A stretch of DNA of 58,635 nucleotides, the filler included, from Sphacelaria rigidula (lineage: Eukaryota), in assembly GCA_964200075.2 (NCBI GenBank). It is 7 parts of 7 records of this genome, joined end to end, with 100 filler letters (N's around TTAATTAATTAA, not from the genome) between each part and the next. Parts side by side here need not be neighbours in the genome. Positions count along the whole stretch, not along the records: positions 16,783 to 25,073 come from CAXNAA020011633.1; positions 25,174 to 33,464 come from CAXNAA020011634.1; positions 33,565 to 41,855 come from CAXNAA020011635.1; 4 more parts are not named here. The stretch is one strand, 5' to 3'. Made by a program: the position numbers and the translations under genes. Positions 24,804-37,792 of the stretch are shown here, one piece after another. The first letter of the stretch is position 1. Each line of letters starts with the position of its first letter. The notes beneath the pieces were generated by a model. That model had not been told where the DNA came from. It saw only the letters and a program-made list of their open reading frames with translations, and did not search any database.

Positions 24804-24973
24804 TTGTGTTATCCCGCGAAGCTTAGTTGTTTCTTGGTGTGAGCAGGTTTCGGTGAGTTATTATTAGTCCTTACTCACGAAAAGATTATTCCTCGACAGA
24901 CACTTACGGGATTTTTTCCCGTTCATGTGTGTGGTGGTAATGGCATACTATTATTTATGCTAAGCGTTTCTTC

Positions 24974-25010
24974 GGGGGGGGGGGGGGGGGGGGGGTTGGG
25001 TGTGGTGGGG

Positions 25011-25041
<31 letters not shown>

Positions 25042-25073
25042 TTGGGGGGTGGGGGGGGGAGAAATAAAAGGGG
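24974..25073 (+). repeat. Poly-G tract at contig end
   Basis: Several G-runs longer than 20 nt. Confidence 0.9.
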
Positions 25074-26160
25074 NNNNNNNNNNNNNNNNNNNNNNNNNNN
25101 NNNNNNNNNNNNNNNNNTTAATTAATTAANNNNNNNNNNNNNNNNNNNNNNNNNNNNNNNNNNNNNNNNNNNNCGCCGAAAAGACCCTCCCCACGCCGTA
25201 CCAACAAGACCGGTCATGGCCTTCGTCGGAGGACGGGGAACGGAGGAGACCACGTACCTGGGGAAAATAATCGACCTTTATAATGGTTCGATTTTTATCC
25301 GATATCCATTCTACAGCACAGAGTGTCCGTGCGCGCGCTGATTGATGGATTGATTCATTCATTGATTCACACCTTACGTGGCTCCCTTCGGAGCTGGCCG
25401 TCGTTAGTTGCAACACATATGTGTTTCGAGTGTTGATCTTCTCTACCCCCTCAGCCTATGTCTATGACCGCGGGTTCTCGAGATCGGACTAATGTGCGGG
25501 AGTAATAATAATGATAACGATGATAATAATAATAATCAAACCCCCAGTAAGTGAGTGGTGTCGCGATAGCCCCACCCCTAATCCAGTCGTAAAACTGTTG
25601 CGGAGAAAATATCCATGCAGCAGCGCATGGTAGTTGGTTACCGACAGACAGCATGAAGCGCCTCACATGGGCGACATTGGTTGGTGAACACGATGCCAAG
25701 CTTGGGAGTTCCCGACTGGTCGTTGTGCTCGGCTCTGTGTCATTTCGATTCACGTGTAGATTCTGACTCTTCAAACCAGCTATTTTTCTTGAGGGAGCTA
25801 TAGCGGCATTACTCGGGTGCTCCGTACGGCGGACAGCTCGTGAGCTACCCAAAATAACAAAATAACCAATCAAAGAGGACTCTCGTACTGCTCATCCAAA
25901 AACACACAATACGCGACAGTAGTTTCCTAGAAGCCAAGGCGCTACATTTACGCTACTGGGCGTGCTCGGCGCCCAGCGCTGCAGGGAGCAAATGTGGAAA
26001 AAGTGGCCAAATGCACCAGCTGATGATCTCGATCAGTATACTATCCAGGAGTAATATTCAGGTAGGTAGCTCATGTGCTCTGTCCGACGTGTAAAGTGTT
26101 CCGTACGCACTTTGCTATGACCGACGATATTGCATTCCTCACGTCTACATGCGGATTAAG

Positions 26161-26387
26161 GTGGCCGAGGTGCGCAGGGGGCTAGAGGAGCGGGAGAATA
26201 GCGGACAGAAGGCTAGTCTGCCCACGTCATCGTCTGCTGGCGGGGCAATGGATTCCCACATGCGAGATGTTCAAAAGGAGGAGGATAACCGTAAGATGCG
26301 CGAGGCCTTCGGCCTGGGGAATGACTATACAGCGGGGGAGGCGTTCGATACGGAGGCGCAGGAGCGCAAGAAGGAGGCCAAAAAAAA
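26161..26387 (+). CDS. Cwf21/SRRM2-like pre-mRNA splicing factor, internal exon
   Basis: VAEVRRGLEE...DSHMRDVQKEEDNRKMREAFGLGNDYTAGEAFDTEAQERKK matches the Cwf21-family H...K...N.++REAFG+...Y..G.AFD pattern. AG/GTGAG boundaries, ends in phase 2. Confidence 0.85.
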
Positions 26388-28237
26388 GTGAGAGCTTTTT
26401 TCTTCTGTTGGGCGGGAGGGTGGGTGTGTATGTGTGTGCTCATTTGGTGCTTGCCTTGGTTCTTTGACCATTGACCACGCCTCCCTTTCGAGCCGGAGCA
26501 GGAGCGAGGTGAGGGGGCAGGGGTTCATCTACCGTTGCCCAGCGTATGTTGGTGTAGCTGGGCAAGAGGGGGATCTGACCTCCTTGACAGGCTAGCTAGA
26601 TAATGCTTTCCACCCCGAAAGCAACAATCCGCAAACCTTCACGCCGATTCTCGGAGTAAGATTTTTTTTCCCCACTAGGTATGGGGTGTGCCAGGGTTAT
26701 GAAGAGTAACATGCCGTTCTGGGACCTCCGTGAATTGTTGAGAACGTATGAAAATAAGAAACGCCGTACATCAAATGTTTTGAAATGCTCCATACTGCAT
26801 GATTGCATTTTTTCAGTGTCCACCTCCGAGAATCGGCGTGGACATTTCGGCTTTTGTGCGACAAAGTGGACCTGAAAGGTACCAACACCGAACTACTTTG
26901 TTTTTTCAGTGTTGGAACCACTTTTTCGGGAACGTTGAGCATGAAGATTACCCACTGTATTATTTTTCAGGGACGCAACGAGACTTTGTACCCACGTTCC
27001 TTGGAGTAGCGTCGGACGCGTGTACCGGCTTCTGGGGGTCCCTCACACGGGGATATCCGAAAGCCGGTAAAGGGCGGAGAAACTTCGACACAATTTCTGC
27101 AGTACTTTTTTTTTTTCCATTTGGAGCATCAATACCTACCGGACTGCCATGTTTGAAGGCGGTCGCGGCTCTTCAACGACAAAGGAGAGATCGTCTGGAG
27201 GCTTTCTAAGCTTTTTCTTCACATCACCAGTTAAAATCCAAGAACGCCAAACGCCGCAAAGCCGAAATACTACGGTTTCGGCTACAATTCGATCCCACAC
27301 TAGCGTTCTCATCTTTTTCCCGTTGGATTCCCCGGCTGGTGACGGTTGATGCAATCTGGAGCATGCGGAGATTGAGTGAAAATTGTGTTGAGCATTGATA
27401 TTTTTCAGAACAATTTCAAGGCTGCTGATTGGTCAATGCACTCTCTTGACCTTATTTTTCGCCCTTGGCGCCACTACCGTGGTGTTGAACAAAAATCAGA
27501 CTGTGTCAACCTGTTCAGTTGCCCGCGGCGGTCAGCATGATGTCGTGCATACGACCACGGAGTTAGGACCGCGAAAGGCTCTCTCGTGAGTGAATTTTGG
27601 GTCGAAAGCATGAAGCAGCTTGTATGCTGCACGGTTTTGTGCGTGAGTGTCGTATGTGATTTGATGACATGCGGGGGGGAAGCAGCTAGTCCGTGGATTA
27701 ATATTACTTGGAAGAGTGTCACGTATAAATTGCGTTGGTTGTCCTCACCGAGGAAGATTGTTTTTGCTATAATAGCGGCCCCGCTACGATAGTATGTTTA
27801 ATATCTTGATCGTGCATCCCAAGTTTTTGACACGTGGTGTGCATGAACTTGTTGAATGCAGGCGCCATACTTTGAATATCCCCTCCCCCCGCCCCCCCAC
27901 CCATGTGATATCCACAACATGTTTGTTCATATATATATGTATAATTTTATGTAGATGTTCAATGTAGTCTTGTTCTCTTTTGTGGTATTGGTTGTGTTGC
28001 TGGTGCTGGTAGCAGTGGAGGATTAGCAGTGATGCGTGTATTGGTAGTAGTAGTAAGTAGTTAGCAAGTGTCCATTCAAATGTGAAACAATTTTTTTAGG
28101 GATGTGAGCTGGCAGCTCTGGCCAGTTGAGGCGAAATTGTCCCCTGGCGCGGCCAGTACATCGTTTTTCCAGTCAATCAGCGAAGCCGATTAACTGAGAA
28201 TCATCGGCGGCGAGCGGCGCCTCCTCGAGACCCGATG

Positions 28238-28312
28238 CCCCCCCCCCTCGCTGGTCAATGGTCTGATGACTATGGCATGCATGATCATGAGTACCCCCCC
28301 CCCCTGGCTGGT
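28238..28312 (+). mobile_element. Very short 5'-truncated poly(C)-ended retroposon insertion with TSD
   Basis: C10-TCGCTGGT [caatggtctgatgactatggcatgcatgatcatgagta] C11-TGGCTGGT. Confidence 0.8.
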
Positions 28313-30390
28313 GAGGGGGCCTCGCGGCAGTGCCTCCGAAGGCGAAGAAACTTACGGCATTTGGCTTATTTTTTCTTCAAAAATATGGATAGTTGTAAAG
28401 AATGTGATGCCTCACATTGAGGAGCGAAGAGGCTTTGATGACACTGAAATTTCGTTCAAAGCGGTGAGCGATTCGAAAATCCTTCATCTGTCGCATGCAG
28501 CAGAAGAGACTCTCCGTGAGAAGCGGAGGATGAGAATGAAGAAGCCAAGGTTGACAGGACGTAGCAATGAGAGCGCTAAGTTATTCACGTCCGGGTCGAC
28601 AAAGACGCATGCAGTTGGAAAGCAAGACATGGTGTATATTGCAGTCTGCCGCTATTTTTTTGCCTTCGGATGTCGTGTAATGACGCGACAAACCTTGGCA
28701 CATGAACGCTTTATCACCTCGAAATGCCGTGAGCATGTCCTGTGTCATGTTCCAAATGCTTTTCATGCAATTGACAACGGGCAATTGGGGTTTGGCGTTC
28801 GGCAGTCCCGCATCAAGCGTCCCATCCGTATATATATATATCACAATGTGGAGCTAGCGTGACCTACGATGGATGGTAGCAACCGTCAAGGCTAAACGGT
28901 GATTTTCTTCCTTGTAATATGGGCAAGAATTGACCGTAGAGTGGCGGTTAGGCTGTTGGAATCAACTTGCCCCGGATACAGAGGAGCTCTTGTTCTGTTG
29001 TTTGACAGTTGGAGTTCAGTAGTAGGTCTGACTCCCCAGGGCTCAACGGTGGCTCTTGTTATGTGGAGCTCTTGCACCGTTGAGAACTGTTGCCTAGTGT
29101 CCCGGAAATTCGGCTGTACAGACACGAGGGTTTCATGCCTCCCGAGCAGTTCACGGTTAGACCTGCTCCTGTACTCGCTTCGTCGCCGGTTCACATGTAC
29201 AAGTAATCACTCCGACCTCCACAACAAGTCCTTTTCCTCCATTTTTCTCATTCGACGGACAAGCCGTCGACCTACACGCTACGGTTACAGCCGAAAAAAA
29301 CGGGAAACTACGGAACCACGAGGTGGTAACGATGCAACGGGACAAGAAAGAGCAGGAGACGCCTGCATTTGTCAGGTAGTGACTGACCCAGGGCAAACCC
29401 GTTCTTCATGTGCTATGGTACTACAGCAGTGGGCGGTCCAACTATTCAGGGGTGTTTTGGGGGTTTTCCTCGCGTACTACTCTACTCGTCCATACAAATC
29501 GAAATTGCTAGCGTCGATAGATTCAAGTACAAAAAAAAATCTTCCTCGAAAAACACTGCCCGAGTCAGTGTTAACTGGTGTTATCGCGCGATACAACTAA
29601 ATACCCCGTTTATCAGGAGGGTGTTATTGACCGTGAAACACAGTTTTTCGGCTCTAGTGCAATGAGTAGGTGAAACTAAAAAAAGCAAAACTGTACGTTT
29701 CTTCACAAACATGATCGGGACAGGCTCGATCCACCGAAAATACCGAAGAGTAAGAATCGGGGATGAAACGTGACAGGACCCCCGGATGACCGGTTAGCCC
29801 GTAAGTCGCTCACTATTGAGTACAGATGAATTTTTCGTCTTGGAATGTGGAGCGGATACAAGAATCTCCAGATCCCCGATGTGATTAGCGGCGGCTAGCG
29901 TAAAGAGCCCAAGCAAATCGCCAATTACGAAAAATTCACAAAATGCCGCAAAATGATTAATCAGACCGCCCACTACTGTGCCACGAGACGCCAGGCCTAT
30001 GCTGTGCATGTAGACCGAAACACGGAAGACGAAACATGAAGCTGTGCACCGCTGCTTCACGCGTCATTGACCCATACATTTTCCGTGGACGTCTTCAAAA
30101 CGTCCGCCGTCTCAATTGATACCCCATAGTCCTCTGCAACAGTGAAGTTCAGGCCTCAATCGTACAGCCAAGTTGTACATAATGGTGTAAGCGTCTTTGT
30201 TATAACCTCATCATACTAAAAATTGATACGAAAATAGCCGGTACCGGCGAACCTAAAATAAACTGGATAAACTGGCGCCATCTTCGCCAGTTCCAGTTTA
30301 ACTCCAGTTCCTATTTAATGGACAGTATAGACTGGTCCAGTTCACAGCCCCCGTTTTTTTTTGGTATTTATTTCGGTGCGCGCGGCTCAG

Positions 30391-30523
30391 AGAGCGCGAA
30401 GAGAGGGAAGCGGCAAAGGAGGCCGCGAAAGCCCAGAAGGCGGCTGAAGAAAAGCAACGCAAAAAGGAAGCTCGGCGCAGAGAAAAGGAGAGGGAACGCG
30501 GAAACACGTCTGCTGCTGACAAG
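30391..30523 (+). CDS. Cwf21/SRRM2-like gene, next exon (charged coiled coil)
   Basis: CAG acceptor completes the phase-2 codon (AA+A=K). Reads EREEREAAKEAAKAQKAAEEKQRKKEARRREKERERGNTSAADK, with donor AAG|GTAC. Confidence 0.85.
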
Positions 30524-31814
30524 GTACAGTACGCTTTTTACTCTTTTTCTTGACTGTATATTTATATGCTTGTGCGTTTGGAATTGTGCCCATCAGCCCT
30601 TTTTTTTCTGTGTATGTGTGAGTGTGTTTTCTCCATTTGTCCTTGTTTGATATTGCTCTTGTTTGTCCTTTCCACAGCAAGGGATGTAGTTTTTCTTTTT
30701 TTCCATTTTTCGTACGTTTTCTTGCCCCACGCAAGTGCCTCTATTTGAAAGACCACGGTCGCCAGCGTCTGATTGTTCTTGTTTTTCGGCGCGGTTTCAT
30801 CGTTTTTTCGGGGTCCCGGACCATTACATGCCTCGTAATCATCGAAGTCTCTCACAATCTTTGCATCCCTTTGACCGTTTGCTCAATTTATCGCGCCATT
30901 TGTAAGTCAGACAGTACAATTTTACACGAGCGCTCCCGTCGGGAGGGCCGAATGCCGAATTTTACACGTTCGTGCAGGTCGAGTTCTCGTTGCTCTCACT
31001 CTCTCATTATTCTGAGGCTCCTGATGACACGAAATAGCCGGGGACCCCGCAAAGCCTGTGGAACCGAGCGCCAGGCAATTTGCACACAAGATATTACACG
31101 AGAGATGTCGAGCTTTTGCTCTGTCAGGTCGGGTCTTGAAGCAAATTTTGACAAGAACGATTTCTGAGTAAAGTCAAGTCGTTCTTTTTTCTTCTTAGCT
31201 TTTCCGGGCGGGTCTAGTTCCAGACAGAAAAAGAAACGAGAAAGTGGTGGCTTCACCGAGCAAGATAGTAAAGGCCCAAGCTCACGTTGCACAGGAAATG
31301 TACCTTTTACTTGGTGGCCGCGAAACTACCGTACAAGTTTCCGTTCATTAGTCTCATCATTTTCATTACTTCTGTGATAATGGGTCTTGGCATTTCAACA
31401 GATTCCCCGATCCGCGAGAAATGACAACGAAAAAAAGTGATCAGAAGAAAATTAAGAAGTTTCGGGTTCGCCCACGCACGAGATTTTGGGATTATGCTTG
31501 AGTGAAGATTAACAGGCCAAACGACAGTAATATGTATCATGATGATACAAGAGACTCCGGAAGTTGTGTAGCTGTGCAAAAATTATGGGTGCCGCTGAGG
31601 TGAAGAAGCCATTTCACCTTTCTCTGATTTTTCGCAATATTGGAGCGAGTGATACGATGCGTAATATGATGTGTTACGGAGTTCTAAAAAATTGAGAAGG
31701 TACATGCTGCACAAGTTTCAAGTGCGTGAGTCAGCGCCGTTATAGCTGTTTTTTTGTGAGAGTATGCTGAGCGGGGCATTCCCACATTCCATACACGTAA
31801 TTGTCATAATCCAG

Positions 31815-31949
31815 GATCTCACCACGAACACCAGCGGCACCGAGAAGAGAGGTGGCGGGCGAGATGATCGCAGGAACGGTGCCAGCAAGGGCGACGATGA
31901 CGACAATGACGATAGCGAGGATCGACTGCGTGAAGACCGAATGAAACAG
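31815..31949 (+). CDS. Cwf21/SRRM2-like gene, third exon (probable GC donor)
   Basis: CCAG acceptor, phase 0, DLTTNTSGTEKRGGGRDDRR...EDRMKQ, then CAG|GCGAGT. Alternatively it reads on to TGA at 31973. Confidence 0.7.
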
Positions 31950-33224
31950 GCGAGTGCCCCAGGGGATGCTTGATTTTCGGAGTCCGAAAACGTATCACTG
32001 GTCATCTGGAGGGTTGGTCTAGAGGGAGGGAGTATTTTTTCACGTACCCCGATCCTGTAGTATTTGTTTCTGGCATAGTTCCAGATTCCAATCGTGGCTG
32101 AAAAGGCGTCACGTACCTCATGTTGTCATCACGGGGGTGGCATTCTGCGTATAGTTGATGTACACTGTAGTCAACGGTGAAGGTAGGGCTACCACTCAAG
32201 AGGATGGCAGTTCAACATTCGAGTCTTGAACGGTTTTCAGAATATTGTAACAAATCAATCACAAAGTGTAATACCTGAATAAAAAGCCCCGTACAGTGGC
32301 TGTTGGTAGCCCAATGAGAAACTCGAACCTCACCTCACTCTAAAGAAGAGGTTCTCAAGTGGTGACATCACCTTGCTCTACGAGACAATGTATCTCGTGC
32401 TGGTGCCTCTCCTAGCGCCCCCCCCGCCCCCGCCCCCCCGGCACTACGGTACCGACAGTTACGGGTCGGAATGAGGGGCCTTGCGACCAAAACTTCATCT
32501 GACAAAATAAATGCTTTGCAATAATAAACGCAGAGGAATAATGAACACGTCAGTAGATGGTCGCACCTGTACCGAGGCCCTCACGAACAGAACACACGCT
32601 TCGTCACTCACTAACTTGGTTTAGGGACAGCTGTATCGCTTGAGATCCCGCGGTTCTCGACACAAAAAGTAAGCCGGCCCACAGTATTTGAGAGCGCCGC
32701 GCATACACACAGCAGCTAGGGAACCTGGTTACACATTTTGCTCAAGTCGCGACAGCCGACCGGAAAAGCCCCTCGAAAGCCAAAAAACACTTTTTTTTCA
32801 TGTATTTGGGTTTGTTGCTGCTTCGTATCACTCGGGGACCTGGCTTGGGTGTTTCGAAAGCGCGCGCAAGAAACCGCAGTCCAATCCTCCGCTTCGTTGC
32901 CGAGATCTAAGCGTTGCGCAATCGGCACAACAGGACACTGCAACAAGAGGGGCACAACAACAACACGAGCAGCAGTTTCTAACCCCCTGTTGTTGTGACC
33001 CTATGCATGTGCGTACAGAAACGTCAGTCACAGGTTTTTTAGTGTAGAATGTACCAGGATAATGATACATTTTGTATGAGTGTTCTCGTCATTTCGAGGT
33101 AACGCGTTTTTTTTTTAATATGATTCGCCCGATAACGATCCAGTTCTTACGCATGCAGCGGTCGGGGTGCACTTCCCCGAAATGTAGTATCCAAAATCGG
33201 CCTCCATTCCGACCCATAACTGAT

Positions 33225-33464
33225 GGTGAGACACCCATGAGGCAGTGTAGAAGCCGTTGCTGTCTCTGGAAGTGCCATACCACAGCCACAGAATAAAGCA
33301 ACTCATGGTTGGCTGTCATCCAAATGCAGCAATATTATCAGTAGGCTTCGGGACGAACAATCTTCACAGGATGCAGCTCACCCTTCATGCGACTCGCCAA
33401 ACACACCACGGCGCTTCGCGCTTGGTGATCGAGTGTGAGCCTTGTCCGGCGAGAACCCGGCGTG
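33225..33464 (+). mobile_element. Body of poly(C)-ended retroposon subfamily B, cut by contig end
   Basis: Collinear with 23250-23450 (atggtgagaca...ctgtctctg(g/a)aagtg...cggcgcttcgcgcttgg). Confidence 0.7.
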
Positions 33465-35460
33465 NNNNNNNNNNNNNNNNNNNNNNNNNNNNNNNNNNNN
33501 NNNNNNNNTTAATTAATTAANNNNNNNNNNNNNNNNNNNNNNNNNNNNNNNNNNNNNNNNNNNNTTGAAAAGCGGTCAATCAGTGAATGAATCTTTTCGG
33601 TTCCGAAATGCACTTCCACAAGGCCCAACATACTTTCTGCGATAGCTGGCCACTGAGACCCTTGATATCCCTGGGTAAGATATCGACGTGTAGCTGTAAG
33701 CACATGCAAGTGATGGAGGTAAAGACAAGCACACGTGGAATGAAAGAATGACTCACTTAAAGCGAATGATCAAAGCCACTCTCAATCGGATCATCTACTC
33801 TCAATCTCACGAAAACACTGTGTTTGTGTTCCTTTTGTATGTACCAAACTCCAAACCGGGTGCAAAATTGCATGAAGCTACAAGTAAGTGCAGAATAATG
33901 CAGCCCTTTCTGATTAATCGTTCTGCTGCCGCGGAATATCAAGCGGGGCGGGGCGGGTGTGTGTATCGCCGCCGTCCACTGTCACCGAGTAGCGCAGTTC
34001 TGCATATTAAAAAGAAAAAAACGAAAGGCCATTGATGTTATCTCCGACTGCAGCCACTCGATTGTTAATTTTGCAAATTGATATCCCCACGGAAAAAGCA
34101 AGCGAATGTAGCGTCGATTTGCAGTTCACATTTGTGTTCGTTCATGACTCGAGGGGTACTCACGAGATTGATTGACACTTTCATTGCGGCCCCAAAACAG
34201 AGGACTCGAACCGTGGAGAACATAGTCGAACGGCTCTGTCGACTTTTTGTTGTTTGCGGTCGTTATTCGGATACCTTTTTGTTTGGTGTGACCAACGCAT
34301 GGACGGCAGGACATGTAAGACATGGAGGGGGTGAATCAAGAAGGCGGGGACACTCGCCGAAATCCAGTGAGTCGGGAGGTGTGTTGCGCTGGGGGCTTTA
34401 GCGTGTAGGCCCGAAGAGGTTTGCTCGAACTTGGCTTGTTTGTATGGCCCGACTGTCTCTCCGGTTTGAATCACTTCGCGGCTCGTACTCACTCTGCATG
34501 TTGTGTATGGCGGTTTAACTTCGAACTGAATATGCACGCTACATATATGGATATATCGTCCATTATTTGTTGTTTATGCCACAGGCATTGTAGTGTTGCA
34601 CTATGTGTGTATTTTTTCACTTAGTTCATATATATATTGGTAGTGACATGGACAGCAATCCTCGCGACTGCCCTTGAGCGTATCGGCCCGACAAGGCGCG
34701 TTTTTAGCTCAGCATAATTGAACACAGGACACGGTACCTATCACATATGTCTGCTCTATTTTTCTCCTTTCCTCGTCGTTCTCGCCGAAACCTATCTTGA
34801 TAAAGCCCAACTCTGCATGTTCTCTCAATAGATGGCGACGACAGATGCATGTATGAGGTCGGGACTCGTGCTTGATGTAAACAGTGACAACGACCAACCA
34901 TGTGGCACACGTAGGGTTGTATAAGTTACTGTATAATGTTGGCACTGCATGTTGTGGCCGATATGACTTCATGAGTTGCCCAACCTTGCAGTGAGGAGTC
35001 AGAGAGACTATGACCTTCACTCGATTGCTGTTGCTACTCAACTGCGATCCCGAAGGTAATCATCATCGTGGGGATATACGATGCAAGCTCGGAAAGAGAT
35101 GTAAGAAGAAACAGACCTTGTGCTGAATAGATGCAAGCAGTGCAAAACTGGCGCGTTCTACCTTGACAGGGAAAATAGATCGATTTTATTATTTTCATCT
35201 CGAGTAATATTCTATACTCTATTTTATTTTTTGAAAAGAACAACAACAACAAAAAATGGAATGGGGTCAGCTATCCGAGCGTTCTTTCCGTGGCAGTTTG
35301 TATGATGAATTGCATAGTACAAATTACCGCCATCAATCCGAATCCAGTGTATACTCAACCGTTACCGCGAGCCACTTACAGGAAGAGGCTCCAGTGCCCG
35401 AGTTGTGAAACGAACCAGTGTTCAAATGACTGTCTCGTGAGGAGGGATTAGTGAGGCCAC

Positions 35461-35548
35461 AAAAAATAAACAATGATAAAAACTGATAAACAATCATAAT
35501 ACATGATAAATAATAAATATTACGATAAACAATAAATAATAATAAAAC
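35461..35548. repeat. AT-rich low-complexity minisatellite (ATAAACAAT-like)
   Basis: Imperfect repeats of gataaa/aataaa/caat. Confidence 0.7.
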
Positions 35549-37661
35549 GTTTCCTTTGCAACCTATCCATGTGTTGAGTCGCAGTGCAGTATGATGACGA
35601 CATGTACAGATGCACGTTGGATGAACGTCGCTGTCTGCTCAAATGCGGGCAAACTACGTGATCACATAAAATTCAAATACTTTACATAGAATATCATAAG
35701 ATTTCCATGCCGGTTGGTAATCCTGAAGTCAGGTTATATCACGAGCACAGCATGCATATTGCACAAGATATTACGTATCATTCGGTAGCAGCAAGGAGCT
35801 ACTCGTCGTACACCGCTCTCCTCAGCATGGAGGCCGTACCACCACAGCAGCGTGAAAGAAGTAATAAGTCGGCGACCGCCGGTGTCGCCCAAGCTAGCGC
35901 ACTCAATATCCATTATCCAGCGATCACCGCGACTACAAATTCATTATCTAGCCAGCAAATATGCTGCCCTACGGCCACAAGAACGACTGACCCACCAAAA
36001 CTCATCGGTTTGGGGCTGCTCATGTCAAGGAGGATCCTACGTGATGCGATTGGTCGTTTAATTCGGTATATTTGTTGAGAAACGGGAAGAATGAGGTTTT
36101 TGCACAGCTGATGTGGTCATTTCCTCATCGACCCCTTGGTACATGCCTCACATATTGGTGTGGTGGAGTGGATCATGACCATCAGCACGCCTGCACCACG
36201 TCGACTGTCATTTAGCAAATTCAGCCAAATGTGCGCCTGTTTTTTGCTGCCCACACCCTTAAGTTTTCAACGACGTAAATCAGACACTTGTACTTGTCAG
36301 GAAAAGGCCAATGCGTTGTATATGGTCTAGACCGCACGTCACTGCGATATTCTACTACTGTTATGGAAGGACGAACGGCGTGGGGTTTATTTGACTCGTG
36401 CCCTCCACTTTGTAACCACCAAGCTCTTGGCCATCATTGTACCTGGAGGAGAGTCACGTTGCGTGCACTCACATGATACATATTGAAATCAGAAGAGGAT
36501 ATCTTTCATTTCACATAGATGAGCTGCCATGGACTCCCACTCACTTTACTCTCCAGGAGTGAAACTAAATATGGCGGATCGAATATATTTTATGAAGTTA
36601 CTGGGTCCCCTTTCCCTCCCCAGCCGTCGTTGAACCGTTCGTGTCGCGTCCCCATGTAACCGGTGGCCTGTGTCGACCGACAAAGGGGGTGGAAGAAGAG
36701 CTTGCCATAGTCTTTGATTATTTATTGAAGGTATCATACCGATGCGATGACCAACAGCACGGGGAACTACAACGCCACATGGTGCTATTGGATTTTGCAA
36801 CTTCAGTTGCCAAGAGTCGTCACCGCTGCCTGCAGCCAGCAGACTCAGTGCTTCCGAGCGAAGCAGTAGTGGTGAAAGCTCTCTGCCCGGGAGACCTTTC
36901 TGATTGCCGTTCCTAAGGTACGTCTGTTGACAACGCCAAATAGACATCACTCCCCATCAACAGCTACTTCGATATACTTGGATTGTTTCCATTCGTTTCC
37001 ATTCACCTTGTTCGCGTGTTCCGTGTGACCACGGCTGGGCTCGCGGTGACTACATGCTAACTCCAGTGTGCGACATTCAAGCAATTATACTCGAGCAATC
37101 AATCCAATATGTATATACCATGCCGGCGAGTTCTTTGTGCTTGTTGATTATGATTTTAGGATATCAGTACTTTTTGACTATGTTAAATACGAATATTTGA
37201 TTTGACCAGTCTCAGCGCTCGACGTGCAACCTCAACATGATGATTTATGCTATGAATTGGGGGGGCGGGGGGGCGGTTGGGGGGCATTTCTTCCACGAAA
37301 TTCACTTCAAACTGTCGCGAAGATTCCGATTAGTTGACTGTCGCACTTTAACTAACCCCTCAGGGATCCAGCCGTTGTCACATGATAGACGTACGCACCC
37401 ATGACAAAACAAAACTGAAACACTCGCTGAAGAAAAAAAAACAGATCAGGTAAAACATAACGACATGGTATACTAGGACGTAAAAAATTGAAGAGCAGCA
37501 CCTTTTGTTGAGACGCACTTATTTCCAACTGGACATAGCCATCGATATACTGCTCGACACTATTGATACACTGCTCACGCGAATACAAGCACACCGCGAG
37601 TGTGGTGGGTCGGTCGTCAGACGTACACATGAACCCCGTTTTTCGTGGAATCAAACACCCG

Positions 37662-37792
37662 CCCCCCCCTATCTGTGATTGCGAGTCTGGTCCGGCAAAA
37701 ACGCGGCGGGTTCCATCCCGGCTTTGTAGGGAGGCCAGGAAAATGGCCTTGTGACTACGGCATGCAAGATCATGAGTACACCTCCTCCTATC
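37662..37792 (+). mobile_element. Subfamily B 3' fragment inserted in the C-run of a MITE
   Basis: C8-TATC [tgtgattgcgag...gcatgcaagatcatgagtaca] CCTCCTCC-TATC gtagcatg. Confidence 0.8.

Noticed and set aside
23748-26387. Joining the 21510/23748 exons to the Cwf21-like exons
   Set aside because: A stop at 23858 and an artificial spacer separate them.
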